Assembly (NCBI RefSeq): GCF_009914755.1
Contig: NC_060932.1
From: the human T2T-CHM13v2.0 reference genome, Homo sapiens
Direction: 5' to 3' (one strand)
Length of the DNA: 64,000 nucleotides
Below, one piece after another: positions 1 to 12,532 of this stretch. The notes under the pieces were generated by a model. It did no database searches and was not told the DNA's origin. It saw only the letters and a program-made list of their open reading frames with translations. Position numbers and translations under genes: made by a program. Every line of letters starts with the position of its first letter. Position 1 is the first letter of the stretch.

Positions 1-242
1 CTTTGATTAGGAAAGGGAACTCCCTGACCCCTTGTGCTTCCTCAGTGAGGCAATGCCTCGCCCTGCTTTGGCTCGCACATGGTGCGCGCACCCACTGACC
101 TGCGCCCGCTGTCTGGCACTCCCTAGTGAGATGAACCCGGTACCTCAGATGGAAATGCAGAAATCACCCGTCTTCTGCATCGCTCAGGCTGGGAGCTGTA
201 GACCACAGCTGTTCCTATTCGGCCATCTTGGCTCTTCCCCCC
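1..242 (-). mobile_element. 5' end (5'UTR) of a young L1PA (L1PA2-4-like) LINE-1, continuing beyond the left edge of the window
   Basis: Reverse complement of 200-242 reads GGGGGGAAGAGCCAAGATGGCCGAATAGGAACAGCTG, the L1PA 5' terminus. The YY1 site (GGCCATCTTG, 221-230) is intact. Bases 1-6 (CTT TGA) correspond to the last codon and stop of antisense ORF0. Confidence 0.93.
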
Positions 243-870
243 GATTTTTCTTAAATGCTGGTTTTTTTTTTAAATACATGAAATCGTTTTATGTATTTTG
301 AATATTTGAATGAGGAATCCATGCTATTTGTTTCTTCTCACAGGTTAAAAATTTCAAATGCTTATATTTAGCTTGCATTATTAACAAATGTCTCTTTTCT
401 CACAATTCATACATTTAACACCACTTTGTGCTCTGTTAGTAATATTTTAATTGTTCTTTGACACCTTAATTAGATAGTAATCTTTTTTAGACAATTTTAT
501 AGTATTTTAATAATTTGTCTATAAATTTTGGGATTATGTCAAATACTCTTTGAATTCTATTTTGAGAAGCTTTTGTAAATTCAGTTTCAGCCAAATTTTA
601 TACTTTTTTCTGAACTCTTCATTTTAACTCCATTTACAATGTTAAATTTTTTGTTTGAATAAGGATCATTTTCCTTTTTTATTCTCCCCTAGTACATCTA
701 TACAGAAGTCAACCAAAATTTCGTCTCACTCTGCATATATGTCTGAAATTAAAAAAAAACTTTTATTTTCAAATTTCTTCTCAAATAATTTTGATAGATT
801 TATGAATATGCCAACTATGTTAATTTAAGGAAATAATTGAGGGTCAATTTCTGAACTCTCTTACAAATAA

Positions 871-1292
871 TGTATTAGTCCGTTTTCACGCTGCTGTAAA
901 GGAATACCTGAGACTGGGTAATTTATAAAGAAAAGAGTTTTAATTGCCTCATGGTACCACAGTCTGTATAGGAGCCATGATGCTGGCATCTGCTTAACTT
1001 CTGGGGAGGCCTCAGGAAACTAACAATCATGGCAGAAGGCAAAATGGGAGCCAAGACTTTATATAGCTGAGAGCAGGAGGAACAGAGACAAGAGGGAGGT
1101 GCCACATAGTTTTAAACAATGGGATTTCATGAAAAATCTATCACTAGAACAGCATCGAGAGGATGGTGCTAAACCATTCATGAATGATTCACACCCATGA
1201 TCCAATCACCTCCCACGGAGGCCACATCTCCAACACTGGGGATTACAATTCGACAGGAGATTTGGGCAGCGACACAGATCCAAACCATATCG
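871..1292 (-). mobile_element. MaLR solo LTR (MSTA/MSTB-like)
   Basis: Runs from TGTATTAGTCCGTTTTCACGCTGCT...GAGACTGGGTAATTTATAAAGAAAAG to GACACAGATCCAAACCATATC, the reverse complement of MST/THE1-family LTR ends. Confidence 0.85.
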
Positions 1293-1509
1293 AATGGTAA
1301 GAATTATTTTAATTCCCATTGAGGTTGTTTATAAAATCTATAAAACTAACATACATTTGTAGGTATATATTTATCTATATATACATTTTATACATACACA
1401 TCACTACTTAAATATGCACGTACAGCACACACACAGAGCACTCATATGTATGTATGTTTGTATGTGTGTGTGTGTCCTTCAGATGTTAGAACACATTTGA
1501 AAACTTCCA

Positions 1510-1680
1510 GAAATTAATGTACTTTGTAACTTTTGACAAGTTATTTTATCATTCTGAGCCTTGGTTTCTTCATCTGCAATATGCACTAACAATGTATGGT
1601 TTTCTGGGTTATTGGAATAATTAGTGTTAGAACACCTAGCACAGTGCATGACAAATATTTACTGCTTGGTACATGATATT
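1510..1680. mobile_element. MIR SINE fragment
   Basis: MIR core-like GACAAGTTATTTTATCATTCTGAGCCTTGGTTTCTTCATCTGCAA, followed by AGAACACCTAGCACAGTG. Confidence 0.6.
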
Positions 1681-1956
1681 TACTCTTCATGGCATGTTTG
1701 GTATATATGAATAACAGGAATAGCTGTTTCTAGATTTAAGAAATCTAGATTAAGAGGTTGCTTCTTAAGGAGTCATTTATTTAGGAATAGCCAATCAACC
1801 CACTTGTCATTAAGATCTGAAAACATTAACTTCTATTTTATGGAGAATATCTAGTGAAAGGTATACTTAGAGTTCTAATCAAGAACTATTATTTTGCTCA
1901 ATAATTAACAATGTCTTTCTTTATAAGTATTTAAAAAGAGACTTGTTTTTAAAGTC

Positions 1957-2051
1957 TCAGGAAACTTACATTCATGGCAGACGGCGAAATGGGAGCCAGC
2001 ATTTCATATGGCTGAGAGCTGAAGGAAGAGAGAGTAGGGGAGGTGCCACAT
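1957..2051 (-). repeat. ~95-bp internal MST LTR fragment, local paralogue of ~1012-1107
   Basis: TCAGGAAACTTACATTCATGGCAGACGGCGAAATGGGAGCC...GAGGTGCCACAT aligns with the LTR about 950 bp upstream and is flanked by AAGTC on both sides. Confidence 0.75.
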
Positions 2052-2379
2052 AAGTCATTCTCTTATGAACAAGTAACTAATACTACCAAATCTCTTTCTA
2101 GACTTGTTTTTGTATTATAATGTTTATATCATAAACATGTATTCATAGGCAGACATATATTTACTTTTATTTTAAACTTTTTAAGTGAACATATATTACT
2201 TTGTAATGTATTTTTTAACTGAAAATGTCACATGCTAAATAACACACTGTAGTCTTATTTTATCATAATTGAAACACTATCTCTAAGCAATATATTTCAA
2301 GAATGAGACAGAGAGGGGAGGGGAAGAAAGAATTCTATGTCAAATTACAAAGACTAGTATAGTCATGTGGAACTGCCAC

Positions 2380-2550
2380 TGGGTGTCTTCAAATACTGGC
2401 TCTACCACTACTAGCTCATCAAGCTTGGGAAGGATGTTTAATTTTTCCCTGCTTTCAGTTTCCTCAGTTGTAAAGTTGAAGCAATCACAGTGCCTGACTC
2501 ATAGGGTTATAATATGTTTAGAATAGTGTCTCTCATATAATAAAATGTTC
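2380..2550. mobile_element. MIR SINE fragment
   Basis: TTCAAATACTGGCTCTACCACTACTAGCT...CAGTTTCCTCAGTTGTAAAG matches the MIR core. Confidence 0.65.
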
Positions 2551-2729
2551 AAAACAAAGAAAGTCAAACAATATTTGCTGTCATCTTGTGAACAGATTTT
2601 TTTCTCTAGTTTTTTTCTCCACTATATTTGCATAAGCTTCCATTTAATTGACATATCATAGCATCAGGATATTTCACCCCTAAACACTTCAGAGTGTATC
2701 TAGGATTCAATATTTGTTTCTGACACTTT

Positions 2730-3435
2730 ATTTTTTAAGGCAAAATTTATATACAGTGATGTGCATATGTATACCTTAAATGTATCACTTGATGAGTTTA
2801 GACAAATACTGTATCCCAGATCCTTAGCAAGATACAGAACTTTACTATCACCCTAAAAGTTCTCTTTATATTTCTTCCCAGTCAGTCTGTTGTCTGTCCC
2901 ATAGGGGCAATGGCTCTCTATTTCTTTTTTTAAATTCTCACTATGAATTGAATTCACATGAATCATTTAAAACTTTGTAATGAAGTCAGACAGCATGTAC
3001 CCTTTTGTGAAAACTTTATTCCAATCAACATAATGCTTCTGAGATTTATCCATGTTGTATGAATCAATAGTTCATTCCTTTTCATAGCTGAGTAGTATTC
3101 CATTGCATGGACATACAAGAGCTTCTTTACACATTTTCTTCCAGAGGGACACCTGAGATTTTTATAGAGTTCAGCTATTATGATAAAGCTGCTAGTAACA
3201 TCCTTGTACAAGTCCTTTTTGGACATCTACTTTCATTCCTCCTGAGCAAATACCTAAGAATGAATTACTGGGACATACGTTAGATGTATGTTTCATTTTA
3301 TAAAAAACTGCCAGATATTTTTACAGAGTAATTGTATAATTTATACTCCCAGTAACAATGTGTGAGAATTCTAGATGTTTCACATCTATGCCAATATTTG
3401 ATTCTTTCAGTTTTTAAACTTTTGGCTATTGCAGT
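2730..3435 (-). mobile_element. Old L1M (L1MB/MC/ME-like) 3' region
   Basis: Minus-strand ORF 2963..3226 contains the degenerate ORF2 C-terminus (LLYVHAMEYYSAMKRNELLIHTTWINL). The flanking sequence is L1M 3'UTR-like. Confidence 0.75.
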
Positions 3436-4267
3436 CTCCCTCTTCTGTTTCCAAATAAATGCGCTTATTCAAAAATTCTGATTTGTATAAGTATGGGTGA
3501 TTCTTATTTTTTCTTGTGCCTTTTCAGTAAGTTTAATTTTGTAAAAGCATTTTTAGCAATAAATTCAGCATTTTACAAAATTAAAAAATAAATTTAGCTA
3601 AAAAACGTTATATAAATACTTGTCAATGTTGTGTAAATGATTACAGTACTTGTAGCTTGCGATATAATTTCAGGGACTTCTTTACATTAAAATGCAAATA
3701 TACTGTATCCCAAACCAACTTGAGTAAAGATAATGGTTTCAGGGAAATGTGTTGGATGATGAAAGAAATAATCTGAACTATGATGAAGAAACTAAAAGAG
3801 AAGAGTCATGTGAGATATTTGAATATTTATGCTTTTTAAATTAAACACAGTTTTTCCGAAGTAATAGTATGTAATATGAGGTTTTTAACATTATTGTTAA
3901 CTAATTTAATTATTATTATTAGATACAGTCTTTTTCATCTACATGTTTAAAATTTCACTAATTTAAATTGGCCAAAACTTTTAAGATAATGTTTGCATTG
4001 GTAAAATTTGGTTATGTATATTAGTTTTAAAATTCATTTAAACCCTTTAATAGTAACTACAACAACATAAAATTATTATATTCAATGAATAATTGACAAA
4101 ATAATACGTTTAAAATACATGTAGATAACTTAGCATGACAATCTTTGATCTGGACGTTGATCCTAGGAGTATATGATTCTCCCATAATTACACAATGAAT
4201 GTAACACTGGGACTAAAAATCAGTCCTTCTCCTGCCTTCTAGACTAGCATTTGATCCATTTATTATA

Positions 4268-6835
4268 CAGGCACTCCTCAGAGAAATTTCAGGTTTAGTT
4301 TCAGAGCACTGCAACAAAATGAATATCACGATAATGTGAGTCACACAGATTTTTTGGTTTCCCAGTGCATATAAAACTTGTGTTTGCATTATCGTGTAGT
4401 CTATTAAGCAGTGATTGCATTATGTTTAAAAATATATATACCTTAATTTAAAATACTTAATTGCTAAAAAATACTAATGACTACGTGAACCTTCAGTGAA
4501 TCCTAATCTTTTTCTAGTGGAGGGTCTTGCCTCAATGTTGATGGCTGCTGGCTATTCAGGCTGGAGGGTGCTGAAGATATGGGTGGTTGCAGCAAATTCT
4601 CTCTCTCTCTCTCCTTTTAGAGATAGTCTTGTTGTTTTTGCCAAGGCTGAACTTGAACTCCGGGGCTCAAGTGATTCTCCCACCTCAGTCTCCCAAGTAG
4701 CTGGGACTTCAGGCACACAACACCATGCCCAGTTTGGCTGTGGCAATTTCTTAAGAAGATGGCAATGAAGTTTTCTGCATCAATTGACTCTTCCTTTTAC
4801 AAAAGACTTATCTGTAGCATGTAATGCTGTTTGATAGCATTTTACCCACAAAACATTTCAAAATTTGAGTAAGTTCTCTCAAACCCTGCCAACTGCTTTA
4901 TCAACTAAGTTTATGTTACATTCAAAATCTTTTTTAAAATTCAGTGTTCACAACCTACTCATTAGAAGTAGATTTCATCTAAAGAAACCACTTTCTTTGT
5001 TCATCCATAAGAAGCAACTCCTTATTTGGTTTAAGTTTTACCATGTGATTGCAGCAATTCAGTCACATCTGTAAGTAAGCTCTACTTTTAATTCTAGTTA
5101 TCTTGCTCTTTCCACCACATCTGCAGTTTCCTCCTCCACCAAAGCCTTGAACCCCTCAAAGTCATCCTTGAGGGTTGGAATCAACTTTTCCAAACTCCTG
5201 TTAGTGTTGATATTTTGACCTCCTCTCATGAATCACAAATGTTCTTAATGGCATCTAGAATAATGAATCTTTTCCAGAATGTCCAGTTTACTTTGCCCAG
5301 CTCCATCAGAATAATTATGTCTATGGTAGCTATAGACTTATGAAATGTATTTCTTAAATAATAAAACTTAAAAGTTGAAATTACCTCTTGATTGATAGGT
5401 TGCAGAATGAATGTTGTGTTAGCAGGCAGGAAAACAATATTCATTTACTTACACAATTCCGTCAGAGTTCTTGGGTGACCAGATGCATTGTCAATGAGCA
5501 GTAGTATTTTGAAAGGAGTCTTTTTTCTGAGTAGTTGATCTCAACAGTGGGCTTCAAATATTCATTATAGAATGCTATAAAAAGATATGTTGTCATCTAG
5601 GCTTGGTTGTTCCATTTATAGAGCACAGGCAGAGTAGATTTAGCATAATTGTTCAGGGCCCTAGAATTTTTGGGATGGTAAAGGAGTAGTGGCTTCAACT
5701 TAATGTCACCAGCTGCATGTCACAGTCAGCTGACCTGCATGTCACCATCACGAGCTGTATGTCATCATCAACCTCTCCTTTGAAACTTTGAAACCAGGAA
5801 TTGACTTCTTCTCTCTTTTAGCTATAAAAGTACTAGATGGCATCTTCTTACAATAGAATGCTGTTTCATCTACATTGAAAATCTGTTTAGTGTAACCACC
5901 TTTATCAATGACCTCAGCTAGTGTTCTGGATAACTTGATGCAACTTCTATATCAGCACTTGCTGTTTCACCTTGCACTTTATGTTATAGATATGTCTTCT
6001 ATCTTTAAACCTCATGAACCAAACTCTGCTAGCTCTCAGCTTTTCATCTGGAGCTTCCTCACCCTCTCTTAACTTTCATGAAATTGAACAGAAATAGGGC
6101 CTTGTTCTGGATTAGGTTTCATTTAAGAGAATGTTGTGGCTGGTTTCATCTATCCAGACCAGTAAAACTTTCTCAGTATAGCAATGAGGCTGTTTTGCTT
6201 ACTTAGTGTGTTCACTGGAATAGCACTTTTAAATTTCTACAAGAACTGTTCCTTTGCATTCACAACTTGGCTTACTATTTGGTGTAAAAGGCGTAGTATT
6301 CAGCATATTTCATCTTTCAACGAGCCTTCCTTACTCAGGTTAATCATTTCTAGCTGTTGATTCAAAGTAAGAGACACATGACTCTTCCTTTGACTTGAAC
6401 ACTTAGAGGATATTTTAGAGCTATTAATTGGCCTAATTTTAACATTGTTGTGTTTCAGGGAGTAGAAAGGCCTGAGGACAGGGAGAGAGATGGGGAAACA
6501 GCCATTGAATAGGGCAGTCCAAACACACACAACATTTACCAATTAAGTTCATTATCTTATATGTGCATAGTTTGCGGTGCCCAAAACAATTACATCAATG
6601 GTAACATCAATGATCACTGATCACAGATCACAACAGATATAATAATAATGAAAAAGTTTGAAATATTGTGAGAATTACCAAAATGTGACACAGAAACACA
6701 AAGTGAGCACATGCTGTTGGAAAAATGGTGCTGATAGACTTGCTAGATGCAAAGTTGCACGAATCTTTGATGTATAAAAAATGCCATATCTGTGAAGCAC
6801 TGAAAAGCAAAGCACAGTAAAACAAGATATGCTTG
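4268..6835 (-). mobile_element. Full-length Tigger1 (TcMar/pogo) DNA transposon with decayed transposase
   Basis: TA duplications at 4266-4267 and 6836-6837. Termini CAGGCACTCCTC... and ...AAGATATGCTTG. Minus-strand fragments give the CENP-B-like N-terminus (KCSSQRKSHVSLTLNQQLEMINLSKEG) and the DDE region (VFLPANTTFILQPINQEVISTFKFYYLRNTF). About 2.43 kb without the FLAM insert. Confidence 0.92.
4601..4733 (-). mobile_element. FLAM-type Alu monomer inserted in Tigger1
   Basis: Monomeric Alu sequence (GAACTCCGGGGCTCAAGTGATTCTCCCACCTCAGTCTCCCAAGTAGCTGGGACT) with a (CT)n-degenerate tail and a TSD-like pair TGGTTGCAGCAAATTCT / TGGCTGTGGCAATTTCT. Confidence 0.8.
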
Positions 6836-7883
6836 TATTGTGTTGCCTAGAAGGAGGTCTAGTTTAAGCTCAGACATCCAAGCAAGAACAACCTTTACTT
6901 TAAAGAAGCATGAAAATCACTCCCCCATGGTCACTGTGTATGAATTGTGACTAAGAAAGTCACACTAATAAGCACTCAGAAAAAAAGCAGACATGGCAAG
7001 CATTTGATGACTTTTAGGACATTAAAAAAAATGATTGGCCCTGAAAATGCAATTTGTAAAGTTTCTAATTCTTTCAAGTTCATAAGCAAAGTGTAAGAAA
7101 ATATCTCCTGACAGCACTTGAGTAATTTGCTTCAATCTTATGAAGTAATGTAAATAAGAAATGGAGAAAGACACCATCCCACTCTTACCCCCTTATTCTT
7201 CAAAGGCTTCAGAAGAACTGGAATTAATTTAAGTTGCATTAGAAATATTCACAAATGAGTATGTCTTTCAGATGTACAGGCACACAGTTTAACTTTAGGA
7301 ATTGGGGTTGGATGACAGTTTTTAGAGATTTATGTAAGAGTAGGACAGATATGGGAAAAACTCTTCTTTCTAGTAATAATCAGCCACCCTCTCCAAACTG
7401 TCTCCATTATTAAGTTCTATAAGTGATTGTCATCATGTCCAGAGCAAAGATAAATGAAAATTAAGGGTAGGTATATATTGTTATTTATATAAAATAGGAA
7501 AAATGGCATTTTGTGTATGGGAGGCTCATAAACATTAAAAAACATTCAAGGGCTTTTCTGGTCCCATTTTTCTCACAATGTCTCAAATCTATTAATAATT
7601 ATATGTAACCATGTTTTCTTCCACTAGAACCCATCAGTTCTGTGAGAGGATAGCTACTATATGTAATTGTCTGAAAAGAATACTCCAAATGTATAAACAT
7701 GCCTTTGTTATTCTTGTTACTTGAGTAAACTATTTGAAAATGCCTATTACATTAAATTCACTGTTACAGAATACACTGAAAGAAATACGTTGAAAGTACC
7801 GTAAGTGTAATATATATATTAGTCATATCTATATCAAGGAGCCTGAGCACACAGTATATATTTTTTGGCTTTGTTTTTTTCAG

Positions 7884-8077
7884 TGGTTGCAAATGATGGA
7901 TTTTATGTAATACTGAAAGGCCTAGCTCGACCTCAAACAAACGTGTATAAAAATCTGATTGAAGGAAGTGATTCACCAGACTCGTTCATATCTCAGAGTT
8001 TCCACAGCTTCATTTGGAGTGAAGAATTCAAAAACTCTACACTTGCTGAGATGTACCTACCTTCATATGACTCAATG
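7884..8077 (+). CDS. CNBD1: CNBD1 internal coding exon (194 nt, phase 1 to 0): (V)VANDGFYVILKGLARPQTNVYKNLIEG...EMYLPSYDSM
   Basis: Polypyrimidine tract plus CAG acceptor at 7881-7883 and donor ATG|GTAAGA at 8078. The open frame carries the CNBD beta3 motif FYVILKG and joins the next exon in frame. The peptide matches my recollection of human CNBD1. Confidence 0.93.
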
Positions 8078-8829
8078 GTAAGAGATGAGTATTTGCTTTT
8101 TCCACAAGCAACAAGGTAACGGGCTTTTGTAAAACTTTATCTCTTCCAGACATTAAGATCCAATATCTTTAGAGTCCTGAAATATTTACGATAATATAGC
8201 CTTTAAAATATAAATGATATTATTAATACTTACATTTGATTAAACATTTTTGATAAAGGATGCCTTCAACAGCATCTGACCACTGGCAGGGTTTGTGTGG
8301 TGTATTTGGTAACAGACAAGGTTGATGTGGCTGGATCCCTGAAAGAAGGATAATAGTAGTTTCAGATAAGTGAGAGGGAATAGGTGATTTGAGGAGGGAG
8401 AGACAGGAAGACTAATTGATTATGAAAGACCTTTAAATCAAGTCAAGAATGTATGTTTATTATGTTTGTCTCAAGAGCAATGCTAAGATAGTCAAGTAGT
8501 TAATTACATTACAATCAGAAATTCTTAATTGAGGAAAATCTTTTGCATCTATATAATATTTCAAGACTATTAGCTGGTCAAAAATTAAAAGTTCCATATC
8601 TTTCCGAATCTCTGGATACTCCACATGGGATAGAGGTCTGAATTGACTAGAATTGTGGCTGATAGTCAGTTCTCAATTTAGGGTGATCAAGATGTTCAGA
8701 GTAGAAAAGAGTCAAAGAACCAATTAAAACCAAATAATTTAGCATTATGGGGTACAATCAGAAAAATCCAGAACTAATATCATATTCAAGAGAAATAAGC
8801 ATGGATCATATCCAGAAAGAATGACAAGG

Positions 8830-9480
8830 ATAAAAATGAACAAGCCTATAAAAGTATATTATTCATCTCACATGAATGAATGATGTTTCTGATTGTCTTC
8901 TTGTTAGGGATGGAAAACAATGCATTTGCCATGTCAGTGACCACATATAATGGACCTAATGCTATTTTAGTCTGCTCTAGCAAATATGCCACGTTTAGCA
9001 CAACAGCTGTAATTAGGGCTTCAAAGACCGATTTTTTTTTTTTAATGTTCAAACTCATGTATTAAATGGGGATATGATGGGAATCACCAGATCTGCATTC
9101 TGCTTTAGGTCTTTAGGAGCAGTACTAATTTCTGGCATTCCACCTGAGATGTGATATGGTTTTCAATTTCCTATCTTGGCCAGAGTGGGGGAAAGGGTAG
9201 AGAGAAGTTTCAGAGGCTTCCACTTAATCTTTACTGTGATAGCTCTTACTGCACAGGCCAAGAAACCAATGTGGAAACTCTACCCACTACCAAGTATCCA
9301 TTTAAATTTTGCTTTTAGGGACCATGGATATTGCCCATGGGGTAGGCTTATGGACCCAGTGAAGCCACTGGGAAACAGACCCGAACCAAAACTTTACTTT
9401 TTAGGAATTCTGCCTGTTTATTCTCTGTAACAGGTGACCATGATGACATTTTGTGTATCAAGGCTTTAATGTCACTATCT
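8830..9480 (-). pseudogene. ERVL-class retroviral pro/pol (protease-RT) remnant
   Basis: Minus-strand translation HIGFLACAVRAITVKIKWKPLKL...YHISGGMPEISTAPKDLK...VIPIISPFN and ITAVVLNVAYLLEQ...YVVTDMANALFSIP resembles HERVL/MERVL pol (AAVPDVVSLLEQ...AAIDLANAFFSIP). It contains stops and a deletion. Confidence 0.8.
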
Positions 9481-9599
9481 CAAATTTTACAGCTCCACTT
9501 CTCCATCAGGGCCCTAGCCTTAGCATAAAATAATAATAAAAAAATACTTGCAGAGGTTGAGACTGCTATAGCAGAGCTCCAGAGAAGATAAATATGAAT

Positions 9600-9700
9600 A
9601 TATTTATATCTATGTGCATATCTATCTCTCTATCATGTATGTATCTGTCTACCTACCTACCTACCAATTATCTACCTACCTACCGGCCTATTTATATACC
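9600..9700. repeat. Degenerate (ATCT)n/(ACCT)n simple repeat
   Basis: TATCTATCTCTCTATC...CTACCTACCTACCTACC. Confidence 0.7.
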
Positions 9701-11027
9701 AAGTCAGATTCTCAGATTTTTCTGCCCTCTAACTGTTGAAAATGAGATTTTCTTTATGTGCTGCCAAAGAACCCTGGGATTAGATCATTCATCTTAAATG
9801 GGTGATTAATTTTCCTCTTCCTTTTATTGTATTCCTTTAGTGCACTGAGAGCTCCCAGCAGCAATCATCCTATGCCATGGTCCTTATAAATACTCATTCT
9901 ACAATATCTCAGACGTCTGAGATATTGTACCTTCCAGTACATTCCCTTCTACTAGTACCTAATGCCTGCTTAACATCATTAAAATTTTATCAGTGGTACT
10001 GATACAACTGGTCAGAGACTACCAGTACTCCAGTGATGGATTTGTATTGCTAGCTGGCTGGCAGGCAGTTAAGCTCTAAATCCAGTATTTTTTCTAGTTT
10101 AATAAAATTTTTTGAAAAAATGAAAAGATAGAAATCAAGGCAGACAATTTTAACTTGCAGCAACTCTGTGGTTTTTGTTGTTGTTTAAGTTTGCAGAAGG
10201 ACAAGTATATGATTACTGATAAACTTATTTCACATTGCTAAAAATTTAAAGTATCCTTGCTAACCCTGTCCCCTGTAGAAATTATGAGTTTAGCTGGTGT
10301 TATGAAACATGCTGCTCTTTCCCTATTTTAAAAATTTGCCTTTTTGTGTATTTACTTAGTGGGCCTTTTTCAAATAAAAATATTACTATTTCCAAAGATT
10401 TGTGTCTAGGAGAGTTTTGTAGTTTTGTACACATAAAGGGCTATATTTTTCTTTCTCCCTTTTTTGGCTTTATAAAAAAACATTATTTGCTTTTTTATTG
10501 AGTTTCAACAGAGAACCGAACAACTAAGAAGAAGAAAAAAGTTATAACATTTTCACTCTTCAATTTCACCCTCCAACAGTTTGGTAAACTAATGGGCATC
10601 ATTTGAGTATAACAAACATAAGGTGAAAAACATCTAATCCAAGGATCAAATTTATTTCTCATGAGATAATGTATAGTTGTGAATAAAAATTGTTAAAGCT
10701 CCAAGCATCTGCTGTTCTAACTCTTTACTACACCCTGGACGAAAAATAAGTGCAGTATAAATGTACAGTGAAACAATTTTTTTTTTGCTTTTCTCAACAT
10801 AGATTTACACATTGAAGCTGAAAGCTTTTTCATTAGAGTTGATTATATAAGGAAAGAGATAAAAAATTACACATTTATTTACAAGATCACCAACTTAATG
10901 CTTCTAAGTAGCTTTAAAATCTTTCATTAATTTTATTTTTCCAATTAGTCTTACAACTTTTAAAATTATAATAATAAATTCAAATTTCTTAGAGACATCT
11001 CAGCATAAATATAGTATGGTCTGTGCC

Positions 11028-11030
<3 letters not shown>

Positions 11031-11062
<32 letters not shown>
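11031..11062. repeat. (AC)16 microsatellite
   Basis: Uninterrupted AC run. Confidence 0.95.
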
Positions 11063-11068
<6 letters not shown>

Positions 11069-12192
11069 AAACATGCACTTCTATATTTCATATTTATATA
11101 CTTCTATATTCAACATATATTACTATCTGCAGTTAAACATATTTTACTAAAATCTATTTTTGCTATGATTAAATTTAGCAAAATTATAAAAGCAAATTAT
11201 TAAGTTGAAGATTCTCAATAATTATTAAAAGAACTTTCTAGTTTGTTAAAGTAGTTTTCTTTGAAATACATTTGGAATTATGTGGAAAAAACTGATAAAA
11301 ATATATTAATATATTCAACAGGCAGGGCCCAGTGAGGGTAAATTATAAAATAGTAATTTTTTTTTACACCAAAGTTTTCAAACAAGTGGTGTAGTATTAC
11401 TCTTCCATGATACCTGGATCTTAGCACCTCAATCAGATCCTAGGTATTAATGAATAACCTCACTCTTTTTGGTCTTACAAATTCCAGTCCTGTCTTTATA
11501 TCAAATTTTCAAACTTTCATGCTTGATACTCAGCTTATGCCTTATTGTGCCATAGAATCCAGCAGTGGGAAGAATAGTTTAAATTGGTCTATTCCCCTTT
11601 CTTACTTTGCATACTCTTTTACTCACTAGCTTGGTTTTCTGGCTCTTTCCAGTCAGGAAAGGAAGGAGGCTGGGAATTAAAGGCAAAATGGTAATGGGAC
11701 CTTATGTGATTGGATGTCCAAATATAGGCTCGTTTTCTCAGGGTGTTTCCCCTCCTGCAGTTCCCTGGAGCTGGTGTTGCCTCCTAGAGGGCTTTTTAAT
11801 ACCGTACCCTTGATCCCTGGCTTCAGGCAGTGACCACTTGAATCGCTTTTTAGGGTCAAAATTCATCTCTCCAGGAGGTTCTCCAGGGTTGTTCCCTTTT
11901 CATACAGTTTAGCTGGATACTTTTTGTGGGTCCCCCCAGTTGATGGGCTAGGGAAAGTTTCAAGTTTACTCCACTAAATTGCTGTGTCCTCACTCTGAGC
12001 CCAGAGGTCACTGGGAGTGGAGGAAAAAGAAAACTTCAGGACTCTAAAAATTGTCATGAAGCAGGTATCTTTCAATCTTTGCTGCCAACTTCCTGATCTC
12101 ATTTCTCAAGAGGATCTTGAATTTACAGTTGAAGGAGTTTGTACTCATTTGAGACAGTAGTTGAAATTATGGACTTTGAATCTTATACTTAA

Positions 12193-12532
<340 letters not shown>

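Noticed and set aside
7865-8119. ORF-track starts and stops (7865..8119, 57974..58159) as gene boundaries
   Set aside because: They extend into intron on both sides; the splice signals define the real exons as 7884-8077 and 58013-58150.
11640-12030. GC-richer island that might be an old LTR or enhancer
   Set aside because: I could not assign a family or termini by eye; it needs a Dfam search.
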